In this document: positions 40,056-51,975 of the stretch, piece by piece
How positions within the stretch are numbered: position 1 is the first letter of the stretch
Layout: each line of letters starts with the position of its first letter
From: Eledone cirrhosa
Lineage: Eukaryota
DNA length: 64,000 bases
Direction: 5' to 3'
Assembly: GCA_964016885.1 (NCBI GenBank)
Contig: OZ024740.1
Coordinates: 192,014,001 to 192,078,000, forward strand
The notes under the pieces: model-generated
Database searches by the model: none
What the model saw: only the letters and a program-made list of their open reading frames with translations
Told to the model about the DNA's origin: nothing
Made by a program: the position numbers and the translations under genes

Positions 40056-41729
40056 ATATAAGAGTTTCCTCCTGAGAAAACCCCAGTTGAAGCACTCCTT
40101 TGAATCCACACCATCAAAGGAATCCTGTAAATACAGCGGTATGTCGCTATCTTAGTCACAAAACGACCTTCAGATACCCAAATAAAAGAAAAAAACACAA
40201 ATTTGTCAATTAACATGTGGCGACTCAAAGAGAATACTTATCGATCAAATATCGGAATAATCATCTCCAACTACTATATATGGAAAATGTTATTAATAAT
40301 AGTAAAATAAATAAAGATAAGAATATTGAAGGTATTAATAATAATAAAAGTAATAATAGTAATGAGAACATTAATAGTAATGTTTTCGGATTTAGTCCCA
40401 TACATAAGTATGAGCTATCTATGAAAATGCAGTATGTATGCATTATGTTTAAGACGAAGAAGTCTTTATTTAAATGTTTCATTGTTTAACGAACATTGTA
40501 TATGTTTCATAGATGATTGGCTGAACGTCCATATGCATACAATAGCCACATTAGCGATTTCTTCACAAGACTTTGCATTTCATTTAAAAGTATTTACAAC
40601 TTATTTCATCCATCATCGATTTTGGGTGCGTTAAAATGCAATTGTTTTTTACTGAATTACCATCGTTAATGAGCAGATCGATAATTGAGCCAGGACTATA
40701 TCATCCATGTAGACATTGAGCCAATCATCCCCGAAACGTATTTAACGGTTGGCTATAAGTTAAACATTTAAGTTGAAAGTTAGTCATGCTAAATATATTA
40801 CATTTATTTAATATATATAGACAATAACATTTGGATAAACATATACTTAACTTATATACGATTTTACGCATAAACAGCCTCAGTTAAATACGTGTAGTGT
40901 CAAATATGAAAGAGTAATTATTTAACTGTTACTGGGGCCACATTACCATTTCCTTATTTACCTTCAAGTAAATACGTAACATTCTCTATCATTAATGCCC
41001 TATGATCCTATAAAAACAGTTATTCCAAATGAGGACATATCATAATTCCCATTTTCAATCCCAAAATGATAAATATACTTAAGTTACACACTATTAATCC
41101 TGCCAATGGATCAGTTAGTTTCATATTATTGCCATTTTTTAATCTCCTTTCTCTATTCTACCCACTATCCATGGAAAAACGTAGCACACATAGTATAACA
41201 GATTAGGAAGAAACAAAACACAGATCTTTATAAATGAGGAAATATGAACTAAGAATATGACGTTATCTACAGAACTACTTGCATAGTTCGTTATAAGATA
41301 TAGAAACTTTTCATAACTGAGTTACACACAAAATACCTCTGCCCACATTGTCCCTATCACCTAAATCACCACTGTATTTCTAATTTATATCTGTACATGC
41401 ATTAACATGAACCATTTACATCACCATCTCCTACTTCGAATCCTTACATAGATTTGGCGTAACACCGTTGTTAAGCCTCAGCACAAACTGTCTTAATATT
41501 ATTATCTAGCCTTAATAACATAGAAAACTGTATATGTGCTGAGATTCAAGAGAGCACTAAATTACTCCGTGACAATACATTATTATTTGAGATAAAGAGC
41601 ATTCTATTGTTTGAGAGAAAATGAAATAAACAAAACTAAAATGCCATATCTGTTTTATTTTTAGGCGTTAAAGTAAGATATTCGAGACAACAAAAGGCAA
41701 ATGATATGGTGTTATTTATCGAGCATGTG

Positions 41730-41912
41730 GGCGGTGGATTGGCAGTATCGGTAGAGGGTCGGACACCATGCTTTCCAGCATAGTTACGTCCCTTTACCAT
41801 CTGAGTTCAAATCCCGCCGAGGTTGACTTTGCCTTTCATCCTTACGGGGTCGATAAAATAAAGTACCAGTAATGCACTGGTAATTGCTGGCCTTGTGCCT
41901 AAAGTAGAAACA
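41730..41912 (+). mobile_element. Full-length tRNA-derived SINE with 19 bp target-site duplication
   Basis: A box region TGGCAGTATCGG and B box GAGTTCAAATCC. GTTATTTATCGAGCATGTG is duplicated at 41711-41729 and 41913-41931. Confidence 0.92.
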
Positions 41913-42069
41913 GTTATTTATCGAGCATGTGCTCTTCCACTCTTGCAGAAAGAAATGAAACAGGCAGACACGTGACTCTCAATGATTTGCACTACGATTC
42001 TTATATATTTGATATATATTTATCCCTATCGATCCCTCTTTGGATGTTAGTCTTCAAATTTATTATTAT

Positions 42070-42072
<3 letters not shown>

Positions 42073-42132
<60 letters not shown>
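42073..42132. repeat. (TA)n microsatellite
   Basis: Direct observation. Confidence 0.95.
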
Positions 42133-42134
<2 letters not shown>

Positions 42135-43232
42135 CTTTTAAATGCATACTTACAAATACTTAATATCGTCAAATTTATACATATGTATAAGTAATTTTAT
42201 CAAAATATATACAAGATAATTTGTATCTTGTTACATATGTAATATGTGATGCTCTAAAATAATATATAAAATAAGTTTTCCATATATTACAATTAGAATA
42301 TAATTTGAAAATAAATTTGAGACTAAACGATAAATATAACTAATAAACATTAGAGATATCTTTTCTTTTGAAAAGAAACATGTTTATATCTATTATTTAC
42401 GTAACATTTAAACTTTCACATACATATTAAAATTTCGTAAATTGTTTTATTTCTTGATACAACTATAGAATATACAAAATAATATACATTGTATATTAAA
42501 ATAGAATTACATCCAAATTCTTAAGCCATTTATTGAAAATGTAAACATATCTTCGCCCAACATATCATAACTCTTCCTATAAAGAGCTATCTCTATCTAA
42601 CCAAAATTATTTATCTACTAAATAAATAATATATATACTCACCAAACTCTTTATATACATACAACTAACCTCTTATAATATAATATAATAAAATGCACTT
42701 ATAACTGCAAACTTCTTAATATTAAAACACACCACTAGAATAGACCCAATCGTATATATAAGTAAAAGAAAACGTTCTCTCTTTAAATTAATATTATCTG
42801 ACTTTAACACATTTATTTGATAATTCACACATTATATTATAAATACTTCCAAAATATATAATTAAATAATTAAATAAATAAAAATAAATATAGGTATTGC
42901 ATTCCCTCTACACCCCTTCAAATACGTTCCAGTCTATTATATACTTACATCCCTATAAATATTCTGGTAGTAGTTTCAATATATATTTTTCTTAAAAACT
43001 TTCCTTAAATTTTCTCCCACCCTAATAATAACCCGAATTTCCTTATCTTATTAAAAAATAATCCTAATCATTATTTAAATTTACCTAGCATCTAAACATA
43101 ACGATCTTTTTTCAGTTTTAACCTTATCCTCATAAGCATATTCATCATGTGCTTTGAAGTTTTCTTCACTATTCAAATAGAACTCACAACATTAAGTTCT
43201 TGTCTGAATATGCCACTATCTGAAAATCAACT

Positions 43233-43299
43233 TTTGTATTTTATCCGATGAGAGCGTACCAAAATGTTTGTACCATTGAAATTTATATAATAAAACAAA
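43233..43299 (+). ncRNA. Minimal type I hammerhead-like motif (U4>C variant)
   Basis: TTTG(TA)TTTTAT-CCGATGA-GAGCGTACCAAAATGTTTGTACCATT-GAAA-T-TTAT-A-TA-ATAAAACAAA; the stem I arms are complementary. Confidence 0.55.
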
Positions 43300-43332
43300 T
43301 ATGGTTTTATAAACATAGTTTCCATTTATTAG

Positions 43333-43385
<53 letters not shown>

Positions 43386-43487
43386 AACAAGTAGAACCCA
43401 GACGGCTGAGCTCAAGCCGTTTCGACGGTTAATTATGGACTAAATGGTGCGTTATGGTCCACCTGGTTCCTTACCACATTTCCTTCG

Positions 43488-43529
<42 letters not shown>

Positions 43530-43692
43530 AATTATACACATACATATGAGGAAAATAAAATGAAAAGTCAACTGGATTCTTTGTAGAATATTTATTTATT
43601 TACTTTACCGGTTTCACAGTGCTGGTGATTTAAAAAAAATGACAGGGAGGTTTTGAGATCCTGCGGTTGTTCGTCACGCATTATATATATAA

Positions 43693-43763
<71 letters not shown>

Positions 43764-43867
43764 TGTATGTATAGTATATTTGATGTTTTTAATTAAACAT
43801 ACAGTATATTACCAAATATAGTATACATACGTTCATGTAACATCGCTATTTCAGAGCACAAATCCTA

Positions 43868-43952
43868 ATTTTTTATTTTTTATTTTTTATTTTTTATTTT
43901 TTATTTTTTATTTTTTATTTTTTATTTTTTATTTTTTATTTTTTTATTTTTA
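43868..43952. repeat. (TTTTTTA)n heptamer repeat
   Basis: Direct observation. Confidence 0.9.
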
Positions 43953-44102
43953 ATATATATATATATACATGTAAAGTTTTATTTAAAATTGTTGGGTTAC
44001 AACTAGTAAATATTTAGAACTGATATAAAAGCACTCGACAAATATTTGGAGTATATTTACAATATTAAATAGATGGAGAACTATATTTATAAAACCATAT
44101 TT

Positions 44103-44166
44103 ATTTCATTATATATATTTCGGGGATATCATATTAACAATATGCTATGCCTTCATCAGACAAAAT
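44103..44166 (-). ncRNA. Minimal type I hammerhead ribozyme with canonical core
   Basis: Minus strand: ATTTTGT-CTGATGA-AGGCATAGCATATT GTT AATATGATATCCCC-GAAA-T-ATAT-A-TA-ATGAAAT. Intact CUGAUGA/GAAA/UH with a palindromic loop 3. Confidence 0.7.
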
Positions 44167-44857
44167 ACAATATAAACAGTTTTATAGATAAATATATTCG
44201 ACATACCGTAATAAACATCAACTTCATTTGAAGAGGTTTACTCTAGCAGTAAACTTTCATACCCACACGAAACTCCACCAAATATATTTGTATCTGTTAA
44301 TGCATCGAGTACTACTTCAGTCATCCCATATCGGATACGCTTCCATATACACCTTGATGAATGTATACATTTAGAAAAATAAAATGGATAGAGTAAATTA
44401 AACAGATGTTATTGGAATATAATTGAAGAAGCTTTTTGTCCATCGGTCAGCACGTCGCAGCATACATGTAGAAGTAGGGGAAAATAAGGAAGTGGGAAAA
44501 GTCGTTGTTTTTGAGTTAAAAACAACAGTTAGAAAGATAGCTGTGTCGTTTATGAAGGCAGAGTGTAAGTGATGACGACGGACTTTAAACAAGCAATTCA
44601 TTACGACACGATGTTGTTGTTGAGAAAGAAATATATAGAGAGAAACAGAGATAGAGTGAGTGTGTATGTGGGAGGGGGTTGTCAGTAACGATAGTTTACA
44701 CGTAATTCAAGACAGAGAAATACAGAGAGAGAGAGTACGTGAGTTTGTTTGTGTGTGTGTGTGCGTGTGGAAGATAGATAGATAGATTGAGAATACATAG
44801 ATGGATAGAAGAATGGATAGAGAGATAGAGAAGTAGAGAGATATAGAGATAGATAAG

Positions 44858-47800
44858 TTTGCCACGAAGGCACAACAGAAGGGGACAAATACAAGGGGGA
44901 GAGGGGTTACATAAAGAAACGAGTAAAAAAACAAATAACAAATATAAAATTAATAATACAGTCCTGAATAGGGAGGAGGCGTTTTACGGGTCACACACGC
45001 CCCCGAAAAAGTGTGCAATCATTTTCCTTAGGAACACAGAGAGGGGGTGCTCCTTTGAACTTCCACCTTTCCACCTACAGGCTGATAAAGAAAGAAGGCA
45101 CATTAACACGGGCCATTCTCGCTACTTTCACCCACCTTTCATAAAACTTTCTAGGGTAGAGCACCCCTCCTCCCATTCTGATGCTTCTCATGAAATGGTA
45201 TTTAAAGAAAAGGACCACTTGTTGGCCGGAGAGAAAGGTGTCCGACCTCAGCCCTTTCAAACGTGTCCACCATACCACCTCTTTCACTATGGCTATTACA
45301 CAGAGGAAAACCACCTCTCCTTCATTTTTAAAGGGGCGGAGGCGGCTTGATCGTTACAATGGATTCCGTGATGAACAGGATTGGTCCCACCCGTGACAGC
45401 AGTCGTTCGACATAGCCCCACAGATCGGCAATACCCGAGCAGTGTACCAATGCTTGCGCAACGGTTTCCTCGTCGCGCACGCATCTGCGACTTGTCTTTT
45501 TAGAGGATCCCTACCCGGGCGTCCGTGTCTGTAGAGCTTTTCTCGAACGTGTAGCACCCCTCGGTAGCATTGCGAGGCCAGGGACCTCTGGAATTTGTCC
45601 ATAGGTCCCGGGCCAAATGTCCTCCCGAATAGGCTGGCCGGTTCGTCTTCTTCCATGCCTAGAGCTTCTCCGAGGGCGTCGTTCCACCTACTAACCACAA
45701 GCCCTCTATAGAGTGACGAGGTGGAGTCTCCACCGATGGCCCGGTCCGCCTGAAAGGCCTCGCTCATCTGCTTAGGTTCAATGATCAACCGTCCATCCTG
45801 GTCTCGCAAAGACCGGATAGTGGATCTAATCCTACTTTTGGCTTCTGTCACGCGGGCTCAGCTAACGGCTTTGGTCCCCTCGTTTCCAAGAGCACGTATT
45901 TTGCTTCGGACCACGTAGCCTTCGTGTTTCGTGTCGAAGAATTGGCCCAGGCCGTTCTCGACGCTAGCACTCTGGCTACGTCGCCGATTCTAATTGCCTC
46001 TTCTACACTATCTACCAACTCCCTTTCCTTCCTATTTCTATCTGAGGCTAACTCCTTACTAATTCCTTCCTATTGAAGCTTCTCTAATGTCTCTTTTGAG
46101 AGAGCCCCACCTCCTGCTGTTGACGATGGCGCCCGTCAACCGCTCCTTAACTAAAGTACTAATCCGGTCCCTGTAAGCTTTACTTGCCGGTAAGGACAAG
46201 TTGAGCTTCCAGCAACCGGGTCCCTGTCTATGCGTTCTATCAAGGTTGACCATGGAGGTCACTAACTTGTGGTCTGAATAGCCAACCATGAGCATTTCTG
46301 GACAACTTAAAAATTCCCTATCCTTATTTCTAACTAAGAACCTATCTAAGTACGATCTAGATTGACCGCTCTGATTTGTCCAAGTCCAGGTTGGCACAGT
46401 CGATATCTATCGACCGGGTCAAATCGGCCGATTGACGCCTTGAGGCTATCACAAACCCCTCTATCAAGACATGCCCCTACATAGTCCCAACGTGCATCTA
46501 GGATACCATTCCAGTCCCCCACTAAAAGCAAGGAGCGGTACTTCCCTAGAAAAGTATCCAGACAATGGAAGAATTCCGGCTGCGTTGACCCAAAAGGGCC
46601 GTAGATGGGACCAGCGTAAAAGCTCCGCCTCCACCACTGCCAAGGTCCAGAACCACTAGTCGACCCTCAGGGTCCAAGTGTACCGTCTGTGTAGTAGACA
46701 CATATGTTTTTGCAGCAGAACGACAACCCCAATCCCACCTCTTACTGACAGAGAGATGCGTGCATCTCAAATCATCAAAGACGGGGGCCAGCTGCCGCAC
46801 GCTGCTGATCCGGACCTCGCAAATAACCATCACATTTATAGATCGTGACCTGAGGTCTTTAGAAGCATTGCTTGCTTCAAAGGTGAGCCCAGGCCACGCG
46901 CATTTAGTCAACCTACTCTCAACACAGCCATGTTGCTAGTAAAGAAAAAAGGCACTTACCTCTCTGCGTCTCGGGGACCGGGCCGCACAATTTCCATGTG
47001 GGTGGGGGATGGATTGTTGGGTGGGGTGGTGGTTTGTGGACGTGTAGGGGCATCAGTGTATGGCGGGATTGGGGTGTTTGGGTTGTGTGGGTGTCTGGGG
47101 GGGGGGGGGGTTAGGAATACACTGTAAATGGTTCTGACGCAAGGGGGCCCCACGTCCTCTTTAAAAGTGTCTTTGAACGTTTTGTAAATGTCCATTGGGG
47201 CTTTTATCATTTTTAGATGGGGAAGCCCCGTTGCTTGTGCGAAATTCGAACCTTCGGTTTTTATTAAGTTGTTATTATAAATAACGTTTAACAGTTTTTT
47301 GTTTATTGTGTTTATGTACGTGTAACCATATTTATTTTTTTGTGTGATGTTTTTTGTTTGCTGTTGTGTGTTTTCTTGTGTTGATGTCTGTGTTATGTAT
47401 TGGGGAAGGGTGGTTTGTATTTGTATTCCTGTGATGTGTTTTCTTTTTTTTTCTTTGAACTTTATGAAAACGCCCCCCCCCCCTCCCACTTGTCTGACGA
47501 CGAAACGGGGTCGTCTTCCGTATTCTAGGGGAAGGGTTCATTTTTGGCTCGTGTTTGGGTGTGGGTGTTATTGTATTTGTTTTCTGTGTGGGGGGGATGG
47601 GCGGGATTGTTTTCATTAGTGTTTTAACTTGTGGTGTTAGTTGTTTTTGTGGTGGTGGTGGAGGTTGTATTGGTAGTGTTGTAGTTGTTGGTGGGGGCAA
47701 CATCGGTGTTTTTTTTGTTTGCTCGGGAACAGGCAGCCCTCAGGTGACCTGTGCAAGCACAGAGGTAACAAGCGGGTCGTCTACCCTCCACTGTGGTATG

Positions 47801-49058
47801 TAAGTAGGCAAGCCCATCCAGCAATACGCGGTCGGGGATCCTGGCAATTCGTTCTGGCTGCATTTGCACCAGAACTTGCAGGCTAGTTCCACCGAACACG
47901 TTGCTGGAAGACTTACCTACCGAAATTACTGCATCCTCTTTCAAGTCGAAGAGGCTACACAGTACCGCCCAGAAATCAATATCTGGATCGATACTGTGCA
48001 TGGTCAATGTTTGTGTTCTTCTCCCCAAATAAGTGGGGAAGAAGGTAAATAAGGGGGACGCAATTGGGTCGCGGGAATGTTTTTCGGCCGTCAATTTATC
48101 TTTCATTCGGATGGATAGACTACCGTAGTGTCTATCCTTCCGAATGAATACATTGTTTTTCAGATGATCTTTTAAAGCCAGTTCAATCTCTGTCTGTGTG
48201 AGTTGTACTGGCTTATGGGTTTTGTTGGATATTGTCCTATAAATAATAGTTTTTAAGCTATTTTCCTTTTTTAGCTCTGGGGGAGAATTTAAAGAAAATA
48301 GACCATTCTCCTCCAAAGTTATATACTTCCGTGCATTTGCTGGGCCATGTTCTCCTCCAAAGTTATATACTTCCGTGTATTTGCTGGGCCATGTTCGAAA
48401 TGTCAATAGGTTCAGACACAATGTTTTTTTTCGTAGTTTGAGCGAACGTCATTTTGTTCGCCCCCTCTTTGTTTACATTTGTCGAAATGTGGTTGGTTTC
48501 TTGTTTTTTGTTACAGTTTTCATTTTTTGTTGTGTTTGTGTTATTTATGTTGGTGTATGCGTTCACATTTTTTTCCCCGTTGGGGTTAGACACCATTGTT
48601 TCAAAATGTTCACTTATATTTTCAGTATCCGAGAGACTTGAATTCACAGCTACTACTTCTCTTTCACCTTTGTCGGTGGGCGTGGCACCGTGAAAAGTCA
48701 ATTTTTTTCACATTTTTTTCATTAGGGTTAGGCTCCATTTTTTTCAATGTTTCAAATAATAATTATTCTTTCAGTAGGGAGGCTTGTTGCCTCGGCTACC
48801 CGCTGTCCTTCAGTAGTGGGCGTGTCATCGTTACCTGTGGTAATGGCTTCCATTACCACTAGCGTAGAGTCAAACACAAGATTCTTAGGATGAAAAATTT
48901 CACCCCAAAAGGGGTGAAATAAATTAGCCCTGATGTCCGAAAGCCAGGCAAGGGGGTTAATTAACACAATAACGCAATAATACAGACAAACACTTACTGT
49001 TAACACGTAATATATCCAATAATCGAGAAGCTGATGTGAAGAACGGCTATACCATCCA
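44858..49058 (-). mobile_element. Tx1-like copy D: ORF1 plus ORF2 with the RT domain internally deleted
   Basis: ORF1 zinc knuckle CYLCACTGHLRAAC and stop at 46956; ORF2 ATG at 46931; EN motifs present; in-frame jump EAFQ|ADRAIGG at about 45748; ORF2 stop at 45075. GATA repeats at both ends. Confidence 0.93.
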
Positions 49059-49081
49059 GAGATAGATAGATTGATAGATAC

Positions 49082-51910
49082 ATTTCTTTATTTGCCACAA
49101 GGGCGCACAAGGAAAGGGGACAATACAAATACAGATGCCGGGGATTTTACATACATTCGTGTAAAAATATGATTAATACAAACAAATTTAACAATCGAAA
49201 TCCCCAATAGGGGGAGGTGCCACAAATAGGTTGTTTAATACCCCACCGAGAGAACAATCCTCAACTCCAGGAGCGTGTTGTGCAAGTGCTCCCTTCCTCC
49301 TTTTGCTCTCTTCTTCAACCTACAGGTTTATATACAGAGAAGGCTCAATCACTCGGGCCACTTTTGGTACATTCACTCACATTTCAGTAAATTTACTGGG
49401 ATGCAGTGCTTCTGTCTCAACTCTGATTCTCCTTCTAAAGTGGTACCTAAAGAAGGGAAAGAGTATTGTCCGGAGAAAAAGGCATCTGTCATCAGTCCTC
49501 TCAATCTCGTCCACCATAGAAACTCTTTTACCATAGTCACTATATAGAGGAAAACCGCTTCTCTTTCGGTTTTGAAAGAAGTTGGCGGTTTAATCCTTAC
49601 TATGGACTCGGCAGTGAACTGGATTTATCCCATACGCGACAGCAGTTGTTCTGCGTAGTTTCACGGGTCGGTTACGCCCGGGCAGTGTACAATTGCATGC
49701 AGGTCGGTTTCAACGTGCTGCTCGCATCTTGGAATCGTCCTCCTGGAAGGATCCCTGCGGGGCGTCCGTGCCTGTGGATCTTGTCTCGAACAGGTAGAGT
49801 TCTCGGGTAGCACTGCCAGGCCAGGGACATTTGAAAGTTGTCCATAGGTCCCGGACGGGAAGTGTTACCGAATAGACTGGTGAGCTAGTTGTCTTCGGTG
49901 CCCGGAGTCTCTCTGAGCACGTCGTCGTACTTGTGACGTACTAACCCTCTATAGAATGTCAAAGTGGAGTCTCCCCTGATTGCTATGTCCGCTTGACAGA
50001 GGATTGTGAGCGCCTGAGCGTATTCAATGTGCTAGGCACCCATCTTCTTCGGTCCCCGCTTGACCCGGGACTGAAGCTCCGTCAGCGAGACAAGTTGCTG
50101 GAAGGCCTGTCTCACAGACAGGGCTCACAGCACTTGGTCGGAGGATTACCTGGAGATGTCGTAGTCTCAGCGCATGTTTGCGCATAATCAGCCATGGCAT
50201 TCCCAAGGGTGCGGACTTCAGACGGATCTCCTCAACAGTGGAGCCTGCTTCTGCCAAAGGAACTTGAAAAGCATGCGTTCCATCTTGGTGAGGTATTCAA
50301 GGGGACAAGGCACGACGGTCCAGCGATAGTAGATGACGGACGCTATGAAAATGTCCGCCACCTCCACTCAACCTTTCAAGGATAGTTTGCACTCTGCCAC
50401 TTCTGGGTGAGCGCCAATACATTGGCCGTTACCTCGTTCCAGTTTCTCTGCACCTGGAGTTCCTCACCGAAACAGACCCCTAGTAATTTCACTGGATCCT
50501 CCGTCCAGCGTCCGACGACGATGTCGGACGGCATCGGCTTGAGTCTCTACGTTCTGGGATGCAAACCGACTGACTTGTTCGGGTTTAGTTTTGCTCCTGT
50601 GAGCCTTTTCTATCTCTGCAGTAAGTTGTCAATCGCCCCGATTTCCGAGGTTTTCGACACCATTACTGTAACGCCGCTTTCCGCAGTCACGGTTCCAACG
50701 GGATGCCCTGCAGACGCTCCAACTTCCACAGGAGTGGCTCTAGAGTCAATACGTACAGAATGGAGGAGAGAAGACATCCCTGTCGGATGGAATACGTGAT
50801 TGCGAACGGCTCCGATAGGTAGCCGTTCACCTTGACCGCTTCCATTTGCCGATGGTCGACACTATCAAACGCCTTAGACTAATTTAAATTGATCAGAGCC
50901 CTACCGAAGCCGGGTTTACACCCCACTCTCTCTATGATGTATCGCATGGGGTGGAGGTTGTCGTATATGGACCTGGTTGGAATTCCACACGTTTGAGCTT
51001 TTGCCACGAGATTCGCGACGGCAAGTGCCAGTCTCGTTGCTAACACCTTGGCCAAAATCGCTAACTCTCTGTTTAGGAGAGGTATGGGCTTAAAGTTGCT
51101 TTGTTCGTCTCCGTTGTTTTCATCTTTCTTGACCATCGTTACTACGCCCCTGCCTGCAGAACTGGGAATTATTCCACCATTCTGCTGCCAGTTGCAGTAG
51201 ACGGCTTCGCAGACGCCAGAGAACAAGTCCGGCATGCCTATGTAAAACTCATAAGGTAGACGATCTAGACCGGGTGATTTGCATTTTCCGAAGCGACCAA
51301 GAGCGTCTCGTATCTCAGTGGCTGTGATCGGTCTTTCTCAGAACTCGGCGTCTATACTCGAGAGGCGCGGCAGGCCGTTGAGCTATGAACCGAAGTCTAT
51401 TGCCTGGTTCGACGTACAGCGGCTCTGCTCGAACAGTTGTCCAACGGGCCGCTGAAAGGCCGTGCAGATCCGCTTGGATCAAGTAGCACCCGTCTGTTTT
51501 GGTCTTACAAAAACGGAATCGTGGACTTGTTTCCACTTTTCGCTTCTGTCACTCGGTCCCAGCATTTGCTCCCTCGTTTCCTAGAGCACGGGATCTACTC
51601 CGGACTACGCAGCCTTCGTGTTTCGCATGGAACAACTGGTCTAGTGCAAGTCCTAAGCGTCTCCTCTACCTTGGCTACTAGTGATATTTCTGTCTTGTTT
51701 TTTTCTCTAAGGCTAGTTCTTTGCGAAAAGCTATCGACTCTACTGTAATTGCTCTCTTGAGAGTGAACCACCATCTATCGTTGACGATGGCTCCCGTCAA
51801 CTGTTGCTTAACTAATCTAATTGTCAGTACACTGTAGGCTTTACGCGTCGGTAACAACATGTTCAGCATTAATATCCGGGTCCTTGTCTATGTGTTCTAT
51901 TATGGTTGAC
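49082..51910 (-). mobile_element. Tx1-like copy E, 5'-truncated and decayed ORF2
   Basis: KSPGLD, FKPIPLLN, SKAFD and LGMPW motifs; ORF2 stop at 49320-49322; AATAAA then GATA repeats at 49059-49080. Confidence 0.92.
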
Positions 51911-51919
51911 TATATATAT

Positions 51920-51920
<1 letters not shown>

Positions 51921-51973
<53 letters not shown>
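51921..51973. repeat. (GATA)n microsatellite between elements
   Basis: Direct observation. Confidence 0.95.
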
Positions 51974-51974
<1 letters not shown>

Positions 51975-51975
51975 T

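Noticed and set aside
42140-43230. Possible decayed Penelope body upstream of the 43233 hammerhead-like motif
   Set aside because: The position is suggestive, but it is too AT-rich and degenerate to support protein motifs by eye.
44350-44390. TTGATGA-ATGTATACATTT-AGAAA hammerhead-like string
   Set aside because: The core is mutated and stems I and III are not supportable.
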